Source: a virus. From it: a stretch of 31,976 bases of DNA. Of the stretch, positions 29,866 through 31,976 are shown one piece after another. Under the pieces are notes generated by a model. That model saw nothing but the letters and a program-made list of their open reading frames with translations, did no database searches and had not been told where the DNA came from. The stretch lies in the UHGV virus genome UHGV-0322013. One strand, given 5' to 3'. Made by a program: the position numbers and the translations under genes. Positions within the stretch are counted from its first letter, which is position 1, and every line of letters begins with the position of its first letter.

Positions 29866-29897
29866 GCCCTTTTTCAGGGCTGGGATGTGTAAGAGCG
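29866..29897 (-). promoter_or_regulatory. nutR (boxA CGCTCTTACACA and boxB GCCCTGAAAAAGGGC) between cro and cII
   Basis: The minus strand carries both boxes in lambda nutR order; boxB is a 5-bp stem with a GAAAA loop. Confidence 0.8.
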
Positions 29898-29905
29898 TTG
29901 ATAAC

Positions 29906-30136
29906 TTAAGCAGCCATTAATTCAGGCCAGATGCTTTCCCAATCAACCGGATGAAGGTCTTTGCGAGTCACTTCACCATTGCTGAACTTCTCAATCAGAA
30001 CACAAAGTGCTGCGCCCAATTCATGATTACGGCTAAGTGCTTTCCTCAAATAGCCGATAGAAGTTCCGCACTTGGTGGCAAATTCTCTCTGCTCTTCCAG
30101 TGAAAGGGAGTTCAGATACAAGCGGAGTTCTTCCAT
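29906..30136 (-). CDS. cro: Cro-like repressor (HTH), divergent from cI
   Basis: 76-aa ORF with AAGGAG RBS, first gene of the rightward early operon opposite cI; not similar to lambda Cro. Confidence 0.7.
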   Translation of the reverse strand: MEELRLYLNSLSLEEQREFATKCGTSIGYLRKALSRNHELGAALCVLIEKFSNGEVTRKDLHPVDWESIWPELMAA

Positions 30137-30244
30137 TTGCTATCTCCTTCCCGTTGTTGAATAAGGTAAGTTTACCTGCAGGTAAAAAACAAATCAATAC
30201 CCACAGGTTATTTACCAACAGGTAATCAAAGATAGAATTAAATC
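30137..30244. promoter_or_regulatory. Right operator/promoter region (OR, pR, pRM) with repeated TTACCTGCAGGTAA-type palindromic half-sites
   Basis: TTTACCTGCAGGTAAA (about 30171-30186), CCCACAGGTTA and TTTACCAACAGGTAATC (about 30200-30228); TAGAAT -10-like hexamer 7 nt before the cI ATG (near-leaderless, as for lambda pRM). Confidence 0.7.
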
Positions 30245-30931
30245 ATGGATAAATACGAACAAAGACGACTAAGGCTGATAGAGATAAGAGACCGATTCTG
30301 TAATGGAAAGGCCTCAGAGTTGGCTCGTCGAATAGAAAGGGAACCATCATACGTTTCCAGAATGCTGTATCCGGAAGGAAAAAGCGGAAAAAAACGCATT
30401 GCTGACGATATGATGGAACTAATTGAAAAATCTTTTAATCTCCCACGCGGATGGATGGACATGCTTGCAGATAGCAAAGTTGGATCTGCAGACCATCTTG
30501 AGTTTGCGGGTAACGTTCGTGCGGGTTTTGTTCCGGTAATTGGTGAAGCCGTTTTGGGAGTTGATGGCTCAGTGGATATGATTGAATTCAGATCCGGTTG
30601 GTTAAGCATCTACAGTGGCGATAAAGATGCTTACGGTCTGAAGGTTAAGGGTGACAGCATGTGGCCAAGGATTCAGTCAGGAGAATATGTTGTTATTGAA
30701 CCAAATACGCCAGTACATCCAGGTGATGAAGTCTTTGTAAGGACCAAAGATGGTCATAACATGATAAAGATCATGAACAAAACAAGAGACGGAGACTATC
30801 AGTTTAGTAGTATAAACAGCGATCACCGTCCAATCACTCTTCCTGTTGAAGAAGTTGATAAAATGCATTTTGTTTCAGCTATTGTGAAACACACTAGGTA
30901 CGTAGACCAGGACGATCTGCCAAAATTTTGA
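30245..30931 (+). CDS. cI: CI-type prophage repressor (N-terminal HTH, C-terminal LexA/S24-like autocleavage domain)
   Basis: 228 aa; C-terminal domain with GDSMWPRI and downstream lysine, typical of S24 peptidase-type repressors; divergent from cro across the operator region. Confidence 0.85.
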   Translation: MDKYEQRRLRLIEIRDRFCNGKASELARRIEREPSYVSRMLYPEGKSGKKRIADDMMELIEKSFNLPRGWMDMLADSKVGSADHLEFAGNVRAGFVPVIGEAVLGVDGSVDMIEFRSGWLSIYSGDKDAYGLKVKGDSMWPRIQSGEYVVIEPNTPVHPGDEVFVRTKDGHNMIKIMNKTRDGDYQFSSINSDHRPITLPVEEVDKMHFVSAIVKHTRYVDQDDLPKF

Positions 30932-30945
30932 GGATAAAGCAGCAA

Positions 30946-31242
30946 ATGTTTATACCAGGTATAGTGGTCGCTGTTGTAATCATCTGCTTCATATGGGCAA
31001 AGTTATCTCCTGTAAGCTCTAAGCATACAGCTGAACTCATGAAGAAGAAGCATCTTATACATGAGGCAGAAACGATAATTAAGAAGTTCAAAGGCATGTC
31101 ATATGACGACATGTCATCAGATCAGATTGCTATATATAAATGCGCCATTGAGCGTCTTGACTACTTAAACGGACTCAAACCCAAACACACCCCGGTAGAA
31201 TCAAAATTGCCGCAATGGCCAAGCAATCCAAATAGCTTCTGA
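30946..31242 (+). CDS. Small membrane protein co-transcribed with cI (rexAB position); unknown function
   Basis: Track ORF 30928..31242 overlaps the cI stop; probable ATG at 30946: MFIPGIVVAVVIICFIWAKLSPVSS... (98 aa, one N-terminal TM helix then a charged soluble region); followed by a terminator and then OL/pL. Confidence 0.6.
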   Translation: MFIPGIVVAVVIICFIWAKLSPVSSKHTAELMKKKHLIHEAETIIKKFKGMSYDDMSSDQIAIYKCAIERLDYLNGLKPKHTPVESKLPQWPSNPNSF

Positions 31243-31253
31243 CATCTCCTTTC

Positions 31254-31277
31254 AGCCCGCAAAGCGGGCTTTTTTAT
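31254..31277 (+). terminator. tImm-like rho-independent terminator ending the cI operon
   Basis: AGCCCGC-AAA-GCGGGCT followed by TTTTTTAT. Confidence 0.7.
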
Positions 31278-31296
31278 ATCAATCCAAAAAATTAAT

Positions 31297-31380
31297 TACC
31301 TGAAAATTCAAACAGGTAAACTCTCACACCAATTTTATTTACCTGCAGGTATAGACAACAGTTTTACCTGTAGGTATATT
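31297..31380. promoter_or_regulatory. Left operator/promoter region (OL, pL) with three TACCTG...CAGGTA operator sites
   Basis: TTACCTGAAAATTCAAACAGGTAA, TTTACCTGCAGGTATA and TTTACCTGTAGGTATATT; candidate pL -35 TAGACA and -10 TATATT spaced 17 bp. Confidence 0.65.
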
Positions 31381-31420
31381 TTAAGCCATCAGCAGGACGC
31401 ACTAACCACCATGAAGGTGA

Positions 31421-31451
31421 TGCTCTTAAAAATTTAGCCCTGAAGAAGGGC
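31421..31451 (+). promoter_or_regulatory. nutL (boxA GCTCTTAAA and boxB GCCCTGAAGAAGGGC)
   Basis: TGCTCTTAAAAATTTAGCCCTGAAGAAGGGCAGCATTCAAAGCAGAAGGCTTTGGGGTGTG matches lambda nutL as recalled. Confidence 0.85.
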
Positions 31452-31719
31452 AGCATTCAAAGCAGAAGGCTTTGGGGTGTGGTGAAGCCAGCTAGTCACT
31501 GGCAAGTGCTTACCTACTGTTGAGCGGTGAAGCGCTCCCAACGCTAGCAATAGCGTGGACGAGATGGGGAGCCGCGGGCGATAAGGCCGCCATAACGCGC
31601 ACGTTGTCGCATGGAAAAATCACTGGGGTGCCGGTTATACCCCTCCGAATGAGACTCAACAAGCTGGAGCTAGACTACCAGCCACCACACCACCAAAGCT
31701 AACTGACAGGAGAATCCAG

Positions 31720-31976
31720 ATGGATGCACAAACACGCCGCCGCGAACGTCGCGCAGAGAAACAGGCTCAATGGAAAGCAGCAAATCCCCTGTTGGTTGGG
31801 GTAAGCGCAAAACCAGTTAACCGCCCTATTCTCTCGCTGAATCGCAAACCGAAATCACGAGTAGAAAGCGCACTGAATCCGATAGACCTTACGGTGCTGG
31901 CTGAATACCACGAACAGATTGAAAGCAACCTGCAACGTATTGAGCGCAAGAATCAGCGCACATGGTACAGCAAGCC
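31720..31976 (+). CDS. N: Antitermination protein N (lambda N), 5' partial; continues beyond the window
   Basis: MDAQTRRRERRAEKQAQWKAANPLLVGVSAKPVNRPILSLNRKPKSRVESALNPIDLTVLAEYHEQIESNLQRIERKNQRTWYSK is essentially identical to lambda N over the 85 visible residues; RBS AGGAG. Confidence 0.95.
   Translation, partial: MDAQTRRRERRAEKQAQWKAANPLLVGVSAKPVNRPILSLNRKPKSRVESALNPIDLTVLAEYHEQIESNLQRIERKNQRTWYSK

Noticed and set aside
31520-31702. 60-aa plus-strand ORF between nutL and N
   Set aside because: Sits in the untranslated N leader, which in lambda is of similar length, with no RBS; treated as non-coding.
1-31976. CRISPR arrays, tRNA or rRNA genes, IS elements
   Set aside because: No regular repeat-spacer structure, cloverleaf-capable segments or transposase-like ORFs were seen; the only clear direct repeats are the origin iterons.

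Overview
This window is most of a temperate lambdoid phage or prophage genome, circularly permuted so that it opens inside the integrase gene (the first six bases are an EcoRI site). It is a mosaic: lambda-type early regulation and lysis genes (N with nutL/nutR, cI-cro switch, cII, Q with pR', S, R) are joined to a P22-like podovirus virion module (small and large terminase, portal, scaffold, coat, gp4, gp10, tail needle, gp14, ejection proteins gp7/gp20/gp16, tailspike) and a P22-type immI region (mnt, arc, ant with their operators). Almost all genes are on the minus strand; the plus-strand exceptions are int, mnt, cI with its downstream gene, N, one HNH endonuclease and a small membrane protein. 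The most interesting unexplained content is in the accessory slots: a small membrane protein co-transcribed with cI in the rexAB position, a divergent lipoprotein plus membrane/coiled-coil gene pair in the P22 sieA position, two paralogous HNH-AP2 endonucleases inserted with precise boundaries, a Rha/KilAC antirepressor split by one in-frame TAG, and a cluster of small genes (one with an HExxH motif) between lysis and terminase. No tRNA, rRNA or CRISPR array was found. All calls are by eye from the sequence and ORF track, with homologies recalled from memory; hand-derived coordinates for features not in the ORF track may be off by a few bases, and at one place my reading of the raw sequence disagreed with the track by a single base.
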